A stretch of DNA of 64,000 nt from Candidatus Omnitrophota bacterium (GTDB taxonomy: Bacteria > Omnitrophota > Gorgyraeia > Zapsychrales > Fredricksoniimonadaceae), in NCBI GenBank assembly GCA_028870995.1, contig JAGWOI010000011.1, forward strand, positions 5,373 through 69,372, written 5' to 3'. Below, one piece after another: positions 16,255 through 26,560 of this stretch. Numbering within the stretch: position 1 is the first letter of the stretch; each line of letters begins with the position of its first letter. A program made the translations under genes and the position numbers. The notes below the pieces were generated by a model. It worked only from the letters and a program-made list of their open reading frames with translations. It did not search any database and was not told where the DNA came from.

Positions 16255-17655
16255 TTAATCCTCGTTTTTTTTCAAAACCACCAAACCCAAATCTTTAAGC
16301 TGCCTCGCATCCACGTCCGAAGGCGCCTCCGTCATCAAACATGTACCCTTCTGGGTTTTGGGAAAAGCGATACAGTCACGGATGGATTCGTTGCCCGTGA
16401 TGATCGTCACCAGACGGTCGAGCCCATAGGCCACCCCCGCGTGCGGCGGCGCGCCGTATTCGAAAGCGCGCAATAAAAAACCGAAACGCTTTTGCGCTTC
16501 CTGGGGATCGATGCCGATAATGTCAAAAATCTTTTGCTGTAATTCCCGCCGGTGGATACGCACCGAACCGCTGCCGATCTCATTGCCGTTAAGCACCAGG
16601 TCGTAGCAGCGGCCGCGGATTTGGGCGTACTGCCCCTGTTCCAGGAAATGCACATCTTCGGGATTAAGACCGGTAAAAGGATGATGTTCGCTATCCCAGC
16701 GTTTTTCTTCGGTATTATACTTGAACAAAGGGAAATCCACAACCCACAAAAAGGCGAACTCCTTGGGGTTATTCCTGTCCTGGCGGGTGTCGGGCTTGTC
16801 GCTGTTGTATTTGGCCATGGCCTCGGCATGGGTCATCCGGGGAAAAGGCGTTTTAAGATCGATATCAAGGACTTCCTTGAAGATCTGCTTGTACATCCGC
16901 TCAGTCAGGTCAAACACAAAATCCTGGTCCACAAAGGACATTTCCATATCCAGCTGGGTGAATTCCGGCTGGCGGTCGGCGCGCAGGTCCTCGTCGCGGA
17001 AGCATTTGACGATCTGATAATAGCGGTCCATACCCGCCACCATCAGGATCTGTTTGAACAACTGCGGGGACTGCGGCAAGGCATAAAAGGCGCCGGGGTT
17101 CAACCGCGAGGGTACAAGAAAATCCCTCGCACCTTCCGGCGTTGACTTGGTCAGCACCGGGGTTTCGATCTCGGTGAACTTTTCGCCGTTTAAAAAAGAC
17201 CGCATGGAGCCGCAGATGCGGTGGCGAAGCACCAGGGAGTCCCTCACCCGCTTGCGGCGAATGTCCAAATAACGGTAGGTCAGCCGGACTTCCTCGGCGG
17301 CTTCAATCTGATCATCGATCTCAAAGACCGGCACCTTGGCGGTGTTCAGGATTTCCAGTTTCTTGGCCAGAAGTTCGATGTCGCCGGTCGATGAATCCGG
17401 GTTGACGTTCTTTGGGGGCCGCACATTGACGGTCCCGGTGATTTTCACCACGAACTCCGGTCCCAGTTTTTGCGCTTCGGCATGGGCCTCGGGCGATACT
17501 GACGGCACGAACACCACCTGGGTGATGCCGTAACGGTCGCGGATATCGATAAAAATGAGTTTGCCGTGGTCCCGGCGGCGGTGCACCCACCCGCACAGGA
17601 CGGCCTCCTGCTCCTTAAAATTCTTGTTTAATTCCCCGCACGTATGCGTACGCAT
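16255..17655 (-). CDS. aspS: aspartate--tRNA ligase, bacterial-type sequence but lacking the GAD insertion domain
   Basis: N-terminal anticodon-binding OB (MRTHTCGELN...LIFIDIRDRYGITQVVF), class II motifs (FRDEDLRADRQPEFTQLDMEMSF; GLDRLV). The SDKPD motif is followed after about 11 aa by FLWVVDFP, whereas E. coli-type enzymes carry about 130 aa of GAD domain there. Confidence 0.85.
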   Translation of the reverse strand: MRTHTCGELNKNFKEQEAVLCGWVHRRRDHGKLIFIDIRDRYGITQVVFVPSVSPEAHAEAQKLGPEFVVKITGTVNVRPPKNVNPDSSTGDIELLAKKLEILNTAKVPVFEIDDQIEAAEEVRLTYRYLDIRRKRVRDSLVLRHRICGSMRSFLNGEKFTEIETPVLTKSTPEGARDFLVPSRLNPGAFYALPQSPQLFKQILMVAGMDRYYQIVKCFRDEDLRADRQPEFTQLDMEMSFVDQDFVFDLTERMYKQIFKEVLDIDLKTPFPRMTHAEAMAKYNSDKPDTRQDRNNPKEFAFLWVVDFPLFKYNTEEKRWDSEHHPFTGLNPEDVHFLEQGQYAQIRGRCYDLVLNGNEIGSGSVRIHRRELQQKIFDIIGIDPQEAQKRFGFLLRAFEYGAPPHAGVAYGLDRLVTIITGNESIRDCIAFPKTQKGTCLMTEAPSDVDARQLKDLGLVVLKKNED

Positions 17656-17670
17656 GCAACGAACCTTTCT

Positions 17671-18957
17671 CTATTCCTCCGGAAGCACATTCTTGATATG
17701 CTCCACAATTTTATCCAAAGCCACGGTCTCCTGCGTCGACTGGCGCATGTCTTTGACCGCAACCGATTTATTCTTCACTTCCTCTTCGCCCAGTATCAGC
17801 GCAAAGCGGGCGCCGGACTTGTCCGCCTTGCCCATCTGGGATTTCATCGAACCGCCGGCAAAATTCATGTCAGCGCTGATCCCGGATTTGCGCAAAAGCT
17901 GCAGCACTAAAAAGGCCAGGGGCTGGTATTCCTCCTTCATGGACATGACAAAAATGTTGATATTGGCCGGCGGGATGGGAACCTCGCCCAAGGACAATAA
18001 GATGCGCTCGATGCCTAAGGCAAAGCCGATGGCCCCGTAGGACACTTTAGGGTTGCCGCCCAATTCGTGCACCAGCCCGTTATAACGGCCGCCGGCGCCG
18101 ACGGCGTCCTGGCTGCCCAATCCTGCGGCCGTAATTTCAAAAACCGTATGGGTATAATAATCAAGCCCGCGCACCAGGTGCGGCGAAACCTCGAAGGGGA
18201 TATTCACGCTTTTAAGGGCGGCCTGTACCTGTTTAAAATATTCCTGGCTGGGAACGGACAAAGGCAAATCTTTAACAACCTGGGCAACCACCTTACGGCA
18301 GGATTCATTTTTACAGTCAAGCACGCGGAAAACGTTGCGCTCAAAACGGGCCCGGCAATCCGGGCACAAACGGTCGGTATGTTTGGCAAATTCCGCCCGC
18401 AGCCAGCTGGAAATGCGCGCCTTATCTTCCTTGGAACCAAGGCTGTTGATCTTTAACTGGGGTTCTTTGACCCCCAATTCCCTTAATAACTGCATGGCCA
18501 GAGCGATGACTTCCGCGTCCAAGAGGGGCGATGCTGCGTTGGGCCCTAGCACCTCCACGCCGATCTGGTGGAATTGACGCAAACGTCCCTTTTGCGGCCG
18601 CTCTCCCCGGAACATGGGACCTATATAAAATAGTTTAGACAGCGGCTCTTTTTTCTCCAAATCGTTTTCGATATACGAACGCACGACAGCGGCTGTGCCT
18701 TCCGGCCGCAAGGCGTAGCCTTCCTCTTGGTCTTCCTTGCTGGAAGCCAGTTCCAATAACTGCTTGTTGACAATGTCCGTGGTGGTTCCCAAAGACCTTT
18801 TGAACAGATTGGTGTCTTCAAAAATGGGCGTGCGCACTTCCTTATAGCCGTAAGACTTACAGACCTTACGGGCCAGGAATTCCAAGGCTTCCCAAAGAAG
18901 GACGGTATCGGGTAATATATCGGATGTCCCGCGAGGGACGGCGAAGGTTTTATTCAC
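17671..18957 (-). CDS. hisS: histidine--tRNA ligase
   Basis: 428 aa with class II HisRS motifs and a C-terminal anticodon-binding domain. Classic hisS-aspS adjacency. Confidence 0.88.
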   Translation of the reverse strand: MNKTFAVPRGTSDILPDTVLLWEALEFLARKVCKSYGYKEVRTPIFEDTNLFKRSLGTTTDIVNKQLLELASSKEDQEEGYALRPEGTAAVVRSYIENDLEKKEPLSKLFYIGPMFRGERPQKGRLRQFHQIGVEVLGPNAASPLLDAEVIALAMQLLRELGVKEPQLKINSLGSKEDKARISSWLRAEFAKHTDRLCPDCRARFERNVFRVLDCKNESCRKVVAQVVKDLPLSVPSQEYFKQVQAALKSVNIPFEVSPHLVRGLDYYTHTVFEITAAGLGSQDAVGAGGRYNGLVHELGGNPKVSYGAIGFALGIERILLSLGEVPIPPANINIFVMSMKEEYQPLAFLVLQLLRKSGISADMNFAGGSMKSQMGKADKSGARFALILGEEEVKNKSVAVKDMRQSTQETVALDKIVEHIKNVLPEE

Positions 18958-18971
18958 GTGAAATTAGGCGG

Positions 18972-19244
18972 CTATTTGACTTTTTGCTTCATTTCCAGAC
19001 CGGACTTAAAGACCACGACTTTCCGGGGAGGGACGGGAACGCTTTGTCCCGTGCGGGGATTACGGCCGAAACGGGCCCGGCGCTCCTTGATCTTGAAAAC
19101 CCCAAAATTGCGCAACTCCACCTTGTCCCCCTGCATCAGGGCATCAACGATCACATCAAAGGTCTTTTGCACGATCTTTTTAACATCCACCTGCTTGATG
19201 CCGGTGGCATCCGTGATTTTTAAGACTATATCTTTCTTGGTCAT
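18972..19244 (-). CDS. hup: HU/IHF-family nucleoid DNA-binding protein
   Basis: 90 aa, with the arm motif ...RNPRTGQSVPVPPRKVVVFKSG typical of HU/IHF. Confidence 0.88.
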   Translation of the reverse strand: MTKKDIVLKITDATGIKQVDVKKIVQKTFDVIVDALMQGDKVELRNFGVFKIKERRARFGRNPRTGQSVPVPPRKVVVFKSGLEMKQKVK

Positions 19245-19375
19245 TCAAAGCTCTCCTTGAAGAGTACCTGGCCATGGTCGCAACGGGACAGGCGGGGTTT
19301 CCTTGGATTAAATGTAAGCATAGTACCAACAACGACTTACAGTGTCAATGAAAAATTATCCCCCCCTTCCATATC

Positions 19376-20024
19376 TTGGACCGTTTCTAGGCATTATATT
19401 GCTATGTATTAACTTACAACAGAAGTGTCCCCATATTTGGTCAATTCAATATATTGGTAAACATCCTTATTCTTAAGATTTTCATAAAATTTTGCACTGG
19501 AATAAATATAATCGCAAGCCTTTGAAACAATTCCAGCACGCACCGGATTACAATGAATATAATCCAAACACTCAAGGATGTATTTTTCTTCCATAATTGG
19601 TTTACTTTGAAATCGGCCTTGCCAGACATGCCCCACATATCCGTACTTCCGACGGTATTTGAGACTGAAAGACAATAATATAGCCTGCATTATCTTGGAA
19701 ATGTTATGCACTTCCCCTGCTTCCATGACCATATGAACGTGATTATCCATTAATACGAATCCATAAATTTTGATTTTCATGCGCTCTTGATATTTTTGGA
19801 TGGACTTAAACAAGTTTTCTTTATCTGATTTTAATTTTAAAATGTTTTGACGGTTATTCCCTCTAAAGATGACATGATACACAGCATTTCCATAATAAAT
19901 TCTTTTAAGGCGGGACATAGTGACTCCTTTATGGGGGGAGGTTGTGTTAAGAAAATAATGAACTGTGAGGGACAGTTCAATCAGAAACTTCACTCTACCA
20001 TGGGGATATGTAGAAACGGTCCAA
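19376..20024 (-). mobile_element. IS200/IS605-like or RAYT-type minimal element, about 650 bp, bounded by 14-bp perfect inverted repeats, very AT-rich
   Basis: ttggaccgtttcta at 19376-19389 and its exact reverse complement tagaaacggtccaa at 20011-20024. The interior is about 25-35% GC versus about 57% for the flanks and encodes a single HUH Y1 transposase. Confidence 0.65.
19409..19918 (-). CDS. HUH-family Y1 transposase (IS200-like / REP-associated tyrosine transposase)
   Basis: HUH motif DNHVHMV and a catalytic-Tyr region (YIYSSAKFY). I place the start at the internal ATG (MSRLKRIYYG...) because it is preceded by AAAGGAG at -7, whereas the upstream GTG-initiated extension has no RBS. Confidence 0.7.
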   Translation of the reverse strand: MSRLKRIYYGNAVYHVIFRGNNRQNILKLKSDKENLFKSIQKYQERMKIKIYGFVLMDNHVHMVMEAGEVHNISKIMQAILLSFSLKYRRKYGYVGHVWQGRFQSKPIMEEKYILECLDYIHCNPVRAGIVSKACDYIYSSAKFYENLKNKDVYQYIELTKYGDTSVVS

Positions 20025-23000
20025 CTATAAGGTGAGGGAGAAATTGTCTTCTCCCACCAACACCTTGATCTCCTCCACTAAAACCTCGCTGGGGGTTACA
20101 TAAAGCTCCTGGCCCACCAAAATCTGCACCTTTTTATAGTTATCCGCATTCATCTGCAGATACACCGGCGTCTTGCCGGGAAAACGCGCCAGTTTTTCCT
20201 TGAGCTTTTCAAACTGGCCCGGGCTGGACAAATCCACCTGTACGGATTTCACCAGGTCATAAACTTCATCGATCCCCGCCATCTCATTAGCCACCATCTT
20301 GGGAAAACCGTCCCTGAAGCTGACCTTGCCCTTGACCACCACCACCGTGTTTTCCTTTAAATAGGACGCGATCTGGGTGTAGCTTGAGGGAAACACCACG
20401 ATTTCCATTTCTCCGTCGTTGTCTTCCAAGCCTACAATGGCCATCCGCTCGTTGGTTTTTTTGGTGGTCGTCAATTTGACGCTGGTGATCAATCCTACCA
20501 TGCGCGCCTCCTGGCCGTCGCGGGCCCCCTTGATGCCGCTCGTCGTAAAATCGGCAAATTTTTCGATTTCAGTCTTGTAACGGTCCAAAGGATGGCCGCT
20601 TAAATAAAATCCCAGCAAGGCCTTTTCATGGGCCAGGACAGTGGCCTGCGGCCATTCAGGGATATCCGGCAGCTTCTGGTCATGGGCGCCGAAACCGCTG
20701 TCCTCCTCGCCCATGCTGAAAAAGGAGATCTGGCCTATTTCCTTTTCTTTCTGCCGCCGCAAGCCCGATTCCAATGCCACGTCCAGTACGGCCAGCATCT
20801 GGGAACGGCGGCATTTAAAACCATCCAAGGCCCCGGCCTTGATCAGGCTTTCTAAGACCTTATGATTATTCAAACGCAGATCAACCCGGCTGCAAAAATC
20901 AAAAAGGGTGGTAAAGGCGCCTCCTTCCTGACGGGCCTGCCCCATGGATTCAATGGCCCCGGCACCTATATTCTTGACCGCCAATAAACCATAACGGATA
21001 CTGTCCTTATTTTCGACGGTAAAAGCCGCATGGCTATGGTTGACGTCCGGAGGCAGGACGGCAATACCTATGGCGCCACACTCTTTCACGTACTCCACCA
21101 CCTTGGCCGTATTATCTTTTTCTGAAGTCAAGAGCGCCGCCATGAATTCCACTGGATAATTAGCCTTTAAATAGGCGGTGCGATAACTGATCAGCGAATA
21201 GGCCGCGGAATGACTGCGGTTAAACCCGTAGCCGGCGAAGTATTCGATCAAATCGAATAATTGGTTGGCCTGGGGCTCGGACATTTGGCTGGTTTTGGCG
21301 CAGCCTTCGACGAAGAAGACCCTTGCTTTCTGCATTTCAGCCGGTATTTTCTTACCCATGGCTTTGCGCAAGTCATCGGCCTGGGCCATGTTGAAGCCCG
21401 CAATCACAGAGGCGATCTGCATGACCTGTTCCTGGTAAAGGATGATGCCATAGGTGGGTTTGAGCACCCCTTCCAATTTCGGATGAGGATAGGAGATCTT
21501 CTGGTCCCCCCTCTTGCGTTTGATGAAATCATCCAGCATGCCGGATCCCATGGGGCCCGGCCGGTACAAGGCGTTGATGGCGATCAAATCCTCGAACTCC
21601 GAAGGTTTCATTTTTTTAAGCAAGTCCCGCATGCCGCCGCTTTCCAGCTGGAAGATCCCGGTGGCATGGGCGGCCCGGAGCATCTCAAAGGTCTTTTTAT
21701 CATCGAGCGGCAGATGATCGATATCGATGTCCTTGCCCTGGTGCTGCTTGACCAATTTCACGGTATCGGCAATGACCGTCAGCGTCCTCAATCCCAAAAA
21801 GTCCATTTTCAAAAGACCTATCTGGGAAATCCCATCCATATCGTAGGCGGTGGTCACCTGCCCGTCCGAACTTTTGAACAAGGGCACATACTCGGTCAGC
21901 GGTTTGTCGGAAATGACCACCCCCGCCGCATGGATCGACGCATGGCGGTTCAATCCTTCCAGCACCTGGGCGGTCGTCAACAACTGCTGGGAGGTCTTGT
22001 CGAATTCGACCGTCTGGCGTAATTGCGGCTCCACATTCAATGCTTCTTCGATGGTGATGCCGATTTCATTGGGGATAAGTTTGGCGATCCTATCCACATC
22101 CGCGTAAGCCAGGCCCATGGCCCGGCCCACGTCACGCACCGCGGCCTTGGCCTGCATGGACCCGAAGGTGATGATCTGGGCGACGTTGTCGCTGCCGTAT
22201 TTTTTAGTCACGTAATCGATGATCTCGCCGCGGCGTTCGAAGCAAAAGTCGATGTCGATATCGGGCATGCTCTTGCGGCCCGGGTTCAAAAAACGTTCGA
22301 ACAAGAGGCCGTATTTGATGGGATCAAGGTCGGTGATGCCCAACAGGTAACTGACCAGGCTGCCTGCCGCCGAACCGCGGCCGGGACCGACGGGCACCCT
22401 GATGGATTTGGCATAATTGATAAAATCCCACACAACCAGGAAATAACTGACGAAACCCATGTCCTGGATGGTCTTCAGTTCGTATTCCAGACGCTGGCGC
22501 AAGGCCTTATCATCAGCCTTGTCGGGGTAACGCTTCTTTAAGCCTTGTTCACAAAGCTGCAGCAAATACGCTTGAGGCGTCAGGCCCTGGGGCACTGCAT
22601 AATGAGGCAGGCGGTATTGGCCGAAATCCAATTTTAAATTGCACTGCTCGGCAATGCGCAGGGTGTTATCGACAGCATCAGGCATCCCCGCAAACAGCCC
22701 GGCCATGGCCTGCGGATCTTTAAAATAAAATTGATCGGAGGAAAACCGCATGTGGTTCGGATCGTTTAAAGTAGTCTGGGTCTGAATGCACAGCAGTGTC
22801 TCATGCGCCACAGCCTGTCCCTGCTCCAGGTAATGCACGTCATTACTGGCCACTAAAGGCAGGTTCAATTGCCTGGCGATCCTGATCAAGTCCTCATTGA
22901 CTCGTCTTTGCTCCATGATGCCGTGGTCCATGAGCTCAATATAATAATGGCCTTCGGCAAATATCTGGCGGTATTGGTCCGCCGCTTTGAGCGCCCCTTC

Positions 23001-23459
23001 GAAAGATCCGCGCAGCAGATGACCCGCGATCTCTCCCTTCAGGCAGCCCGAAGTGCCGATAAGGCCGCGGGAATGCCTGGCTAAAATCTCTTTGTCGATG
23101 CGCGGTTTATAATAAAACCCTTCTAAATAGGCCGCGCTGACCAGTTTCATCAGGTTCGCGTATCCTTCATTGGTGCAGGCCAGCAAGGTCAAATGACAGG
23201 TGCTTTTCTGGTCGGAGGTTTTATCAAAGCGGGTGGTCGGCGAGAGATAAACTTCGCTGCCGATAATGGGTTTAATGCCGGCCTTCTGGCAGGCCTTATA
23301 AAAATGGATGGCCCCGAACATGTTGCCGTGGTCGGTCATGCCTAAAGCCGGCATGCCGAATGCGGCAGCTTTCTTGACCAGCTCATCGACACGGCAGGCG
23401 CCGTCCAAAAGGGAATATTGGGTGTGAACGTGCAGGTGAACGAATTGCGGATTACTCAT
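20025..23459 (-). CDS. dnaE: DNA polymerase III alpha subunit
   Basis: 1144 aa with N-terminal PHP domain (HLHVHTQYSLLDGA) and polymerase core conservation throughout. Confidence 0.92.
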   Translation of the reverse strand: MSNPQFVHLHVHTQYSLLDGACRVDELVKKAAAFGMPALGMTDHGNMFGAIHFYKACQKAGIKPIIGSEVYLSPTTRFDKTSDQKSTCHLTLLACTNEGYANLMKLVSAAYLEGFYYKPRIDKEILARHSRGLIGTSGCLKGEIAGHLLRGSFEGALKAADQYRQIFAEGHYYIELMDHGIMEQRRVNEDLIRIARQLNLPLVASNDVHYLEQGQAVAHETLLCIQTQTTLNDPNHMRFSSDQFYFKDPQAMAGLFAGMPDAVDNTLRIAEQCNLKLDFGQYRLPHYAVPQGLTPQAYLLQLCEQGLKKRYPDKADDKALRQRLEYELKTIQDMGFVSYFLVVWDFINYAKSIRVPVGPGRGSAAGSLVSYLLGITDLDPIKYGLLFERFLNPGRKSMPDIDIDFCFERRGEIIDYVTKKYGSDNVAQIITFGSMQAKAAVRDVGRAMGLAYADVDRIAKLIPNEIGITIEEALNVEPQLRQTVEFDKTSQQLLTTAQVLEGLNRHASIHAAGVVISDKPLTEYVPLFKSSDGQVTTAYDMDGISQIGLLKMDFLGLRTLTVIADTVKLVKQHQGKDIDIDHLPLDDKKTFEMLRAAHATGIFQLESGGMRDLLKKMKPSEFEDLIAINALYRPGPMGSGMLDDFIKRKRGDQKISYPHPKLEGVLKPTYGIILYQEQVMQIASVIAGFNMAQADDLRKAMGKKIPAEMQKARVFFVEGCAKTSQMSEPQANQLFDLIEYFAGYGFNRSHSAAYSLISYRTAYLKANYPVEFMAALLTSEKDNTAKVVEYVKECGAIGIAVLPPDVNHSHAAFTVENKDSIRYGLLAVKNIGAGAIESMGQARQEGGAFTTLFDFCSRVDLRLNNHKVLESLIKAGALDGFKCRRSQMLAVLDVALESGLRRQKEKEIGQISFFSMGEEDSGFGAHDQKLPDIPEWPQATVLAHEKALLGFYLSGHPLDRYKTEIEKFADFTTSGIKGARDGQEARMVGLITSVKLTTTKKTNERMAIVGLEDNDGEMEIVVFPSSYTQIASYLKENTVVVVKGKVSFRDGFPKMVANEMAGIDEVYDLVKSVQVDLSSPGQFEKLKEKLARFPGKTPVYLQMNADNYKKVQILVGQELYVTPSEVLVEEIKVLVGEDNFSLTL

Positions 23460-23465
23460 GTATAT

Positions 23466-23510
23466 AAAAAGGCCTTGGATGTTAAATCGAACATTAATTT
23501 AACATCCAAG
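23466..23510 (-). terminator. rho-independent terminator downstream of guaA
   Basis: 14-bp perfect stem cttggatgttaaat / atttaacatccaag with a 9-nt loop. Preceded on the plus strand by aaaaa, which is the T-tract on the minus strand. Confidence 0.6.
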
Positions 23511-23540
23511 ACCCATAGGAATCAATACAAATTAATTTGG

Positions 23541-25241
23541 TTATTCCCACTCGATGGTGGCTGGAGGTTTGGAGCTGATGTCGTAAACCACCCGGTTGAC
23601 GCCCGGCACCTCATTGATGATGCGGTTGGAGATGCGGCCCAGTAAATCATAAGGCAGCGGCGCCCAGTCAGCGGTCATGCCGTCGGCGCTCGTGACGCAG
23701 CGCAGGGCAATGACATTCTCGTAGGTGCGCTGGTCGCCCATAACACCGACGGTCTTGATGGGAAGCAGCACAGCAAAGGATTGCCATAATTCCTGGTAGA
23801 GGCCGGCCTTTTTGATCTCATCCAGCACGCGCTCGTCCGCCTCGCGCAGGATCTCCAGGCGTTCGGCCGTCACCTCTCCGATGACGCGGATGGCCAGGCC
23901 TGGCCCGGGGAAAGGCTGGCGTTTAAGGATGGACTCGGGCATCTGCAGGTTCTTACCGATCAGACGCACCTCATCTTTAAATAATTCGCGTAAAGGCTCG
24001 ACCAGCTTGAATTTCATATCCTTGGGCAGGCCGCCGACGTTGTGATGGCTTTTGATGACTGCTGTCGGACCGCCATGAGCGGCCACGGATTCGATCACAT
24101 CCGGATATAAGGTCCCTTGGGCCAGGAATTCCGCGCCCTTGATCTTCTTGGCCGCATCCTGAAAAACCCGGATAAATTCATCACCGATGATCTTGCGTTT
24201 CTGTTCGGGATCTTCCACTCCTTTAAGCCTGTCCAAGAAACGCTTCTCGGCCTCGACCAGGGTCAAATTCATTTTGAAATGGCCTTTGAACGTGCGCACC
24301 ACGGAGGCTGATTCGTTCTTGCGCAATAAACCGTTGTCCACAAAAATACAGTACAGGCGGCTGCCGATGGCTTTTTGCAGCAGCACCGCCACCACCGATG
24401 AATCCACCCCGCCGCTTAACCCTAAGACCACTTTTTTGCCGCCCACGGTCTCTTGGACCTGCTTGACGGCCGCTGTGATGAAACGGTCCATGGTCCAGCG
24501 CGGCAGGCATCCGCAAATCGTATAAGCAAAATTCTGGATGATCTGCAAGCCCCGCTGCGTGTGCACGACTTCGGGATGGAACTGCACCCCGTAAATCCTG
24601 CGGTTGCGGTTGGCAATGGCAGCATTGGCCGCATTTAAGGTGTGTGCAATACGGATAAAGCCCGGCGGCGGCGCAACGATCTCGTCCCCGTGGCTCATCC
24701 AGCAGGTCAAATTGGTCGACAGATTGCTGAACAGATCTTTATTGTTATCAATAAAAAGCTCAGCCTTGCCGTATTCACGGTCCTTGGCGCGGGACACCTT
24801 GCCGCCCAGCATGTGGGTGATGGCCTGCATGCCGTAACAGACGCCTAAAATAGGAATATTCAACTTGAAAATGTCCGGGTGCGGCAAAGGCGCGTTCTTA
24901 TCGGTGACGCTTTGCGGGCCGCCGGAAAGGATGATGCCTTTAGGATAAATTTCCTTGATCTTTTCGGGGGTGATATTGTACGGGACGATCTGGCTGAAAA
25001 CCTTGCTCTCGCGCACCCGGCGGGCAATAAGCTGGGTGTATTGTGACCCCATGTCAAGGATCAAAATGATGTCACGGCTGCGCTGCTTGCGGACTTCCAT
25101 GGGAACGATCTTGGAAGAAGACCGCAATTTGATCGGCTTCATCAAACCATGCACCGGCTTGCGCTTAGGTTTGGCAAAGCGGGCGGGCTTAACCGAAATT
25201 TTTTTTAAAGTTTTTCGTTTGGCAGCTTTTTTTATGGCCAT
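23541..25241 (-). CDS. guaA: GMP synthase (glutamine-hydrolysing) with an about 50-aa Lys-rich N-terminal extension
   Basis: GATase ([20 protein letters not shown]...GVCYGMQ) plus ATP-PPase (LSGGVDSSV) domains. The long start is supported by AAGGAG 9 nt upstream of ATG 25241. The internal Met at 25100 has no SD. Confidence 0.88.
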   Translation of the reverse strand: MAIKKAAKRKTLKKISVKPARFAKPKRKPVHGLMKPIKLRSSSKIVPMEVRKQRSRDIILILDMGSQYTQLIARRVRESKVFSQIVPYNITPEKIKEIYPKGIILSGGPQSVTDKNAPLPHPDIFKLNIPILGVCYGMQAITHMLGGKVSRAKDREYGKAELFIDNNKDLFSNLSTNLTCWMSHGDEIVAPPPGFIRIAHTLNAANAAIANRNRRIYGVQFHPEVVHTQRGLQIIQNFAYTICGCLPRWTMDRFITAAVKQVQETVGGKKVVLGLSGGVDSSVVAVLLQKAIGSRLYCIFVDNGLLRKNESASVVRTFKGHFKMNLTLVEAEKRFLDRLKGVEDPEQKRKIIGDEFIRVFQDAAKKIKGAEFLAQGTLYPDVIESVAAHGGPTAVIKSHHNVGGLPKDMKFKLVEPLRELFKDEVRLIGKNLQMPESILKRQPFPGPGLAIRVIGEVTAERLEILREADERVLDEIKKAGLYQELWQSFAVLLPIKTVGVMGDQRTYENVIALRCVTSADGMTADWAPLPYDLLGRISNRIINEVPGVNRVVYDISSKPPATIEWE

Positions 25242-25267
25242 GAACCATCACTCCTTATGTAAGCGGC

Positions 25268-26437
25268 TCACTTCCCCATTCCCACGCGCTGGCCGATCTG
25301 GAAGACCTTGCCTTCCGTCTGGATCGAGGGCGCGAGGATGATTTCGACATCGTGCATTTCCTTGAGATTACGGGCGCCCAAAGAACCCATGGAGGTCTTT
25401 AAAGCGCCGACTAAATTCTGCGAACCGTCATCGACCTTGGCCGGCCCCATGAGGATTTCCTTCAAGGAACCGCTGGTGCCTACCCTGATACGGGTGCCGC
25501 GGGGCAGGTTGGCGTGGCTGGTGGCCATGCCCCAATGATAACCGCGGCCTGGGGCTTCTTCAGCCTTGGCAAAGGCGGAACCCACCATCACCGCGTCCGA
25601 CCCGGCGGCAAAGGCCTTGCAAATTTCGCCGCCGATACGCATACCTCCGTCGGTGATCATGGGAATGTACTGCCCCCTGCGCTTGAAAAAATAATCGCGG
25701 GCCGCGCAGCAATCCACCGTGGCGGTGATCTGCGGAACGCCGATGCCCAGAACGCCGCGCGAAGTGCAGGCGGCACCGGGCCCGATTCCGACCAAAACCG
25801 CGGAGGCTCCGGCCTCCATGATCTCCAGCGACATGTCGTAAGTCACCACATTGCCGACGATGACAGGCACCTTGCTGTTTTTGCAAAAATCAGCCAGGTC
25901 CAAAATCTTGTATTCCGTGGCGATATGGCGCACGGTCGCCACAGTGGATTGGACAATGAAGATGTCCACCCCCGCTTCGGCGGCGATCTTGGAGAAACGG
26001 GCCGCATTCTGCGGAATGCAGCTGACCACCGCAGGCACCTTGCCCTTCTTTATCTCCTCGACGCGCTTGGCGATCAGTTTTTCTTTGACGGGAAATTTGG
26101 TATTGTCGTAAAGGCTTTGAACGAGCTTGGTGGCCTCTTCGGGGCTCGCGGAGGCGATTTGCTCCAGGATCTCTCCCGGGTTCTCGTAACGGGTCTGGAT
26201 ACCGTCAAGGTTCAAGACCGCAATGCCGCCCAACTTCCCCATGGCAATGGCAAAATTAACATCCACAACGCCATCCATGGAAGCCGCCATGATCGGAACG
26301 GAAAATTTATGTTTACCTAAAATAAAGGTGGTATCAACTTCAGTGGGGTTGACGGTTACCATGCCTGGAACCAGTGCAACTTCATCAAAACCGTAACACC
26401 TGCGTGCACGCCGCCCTATGCCAATCCAATCAGCCAT
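25268..26437 (-). CDS. IMP dehydrogenase-family protein without CBS subdomain (GuaB3-type)
   Basis: 389 aa TIM-barrel IMPDH/GMPR fold ([12 protein letters not shown]...[15 protein letters not shown]). N- and C-terminal segments align to the GuaB3 subclass. No CBS pair. Confidence 0.75.
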   Translation of the reverse strand: MADWIGIGRRARRCYGFDEVALVPGMVTVNPTEVDTTFILGKHKFSVPIMAASMDGVVDVNFAIAMGKLGGIAVLNLDGIQTRYENPGEILEQIASASPEEATKLVQSLYDNTKFPVKEKLIAKRVEEIKKGKVPAVVSCIPQNAARFSKIAAEAGVDIFIVQSTVATVRHIATEYKILDLADFCKNSKVPVIVGNVVTYDMSLEIMEAGASAVLVGIGPGAACTSRGVLGIGVPQITATVDCCAARDYFFKRRGQYIPMITDGGMRIGGEICKAFAAGSDAVMVGSAFAKAEEAPGRGYHWGMATSHANLPRGTRIRVGTSGSLKEILMGPAKVDDGSQNLVGALKTSMGSLGARNLKEMHDVEIILAPSIQTEGKVFQIGQRVGMGK

Positions 26438-26560
26438 CGCCTAACTCCTTTATTTCCAATAAGATAAATTCTTATAAAAGAGGATGTAAAATGAATTTGA
26501 AGCGAGATTATACCTTAGTATGACTGAAAAGTCAAATAAAAACGGCTCGCAGCCTACCTT

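Noticed and set aside
19245-19408. Possible tRNA or ncRNA in the 164-nt hup upstream spacer
   Set aside because: There is no T-arm (GTTCRANYC) or cloverleaf-compatible pairing. The region is instead explained by the left end of the IS200-like element plus a promoter.
21261-22022. 253-aa plus-strand ORF inside dnaE
   Set aside because: Antisense shadow of dnaE. Its translation is low complexity and stop codons are depleted opposite a GC-rich coding strand.
25514-26320. 268-aa plus-strand ORF inside the IMPDH-family gene
   Set aside because: It is antisense to a gene with clear IMPDH motifs. Its translation is Gly/Arg/Ala-rich, low-complexity sequence.
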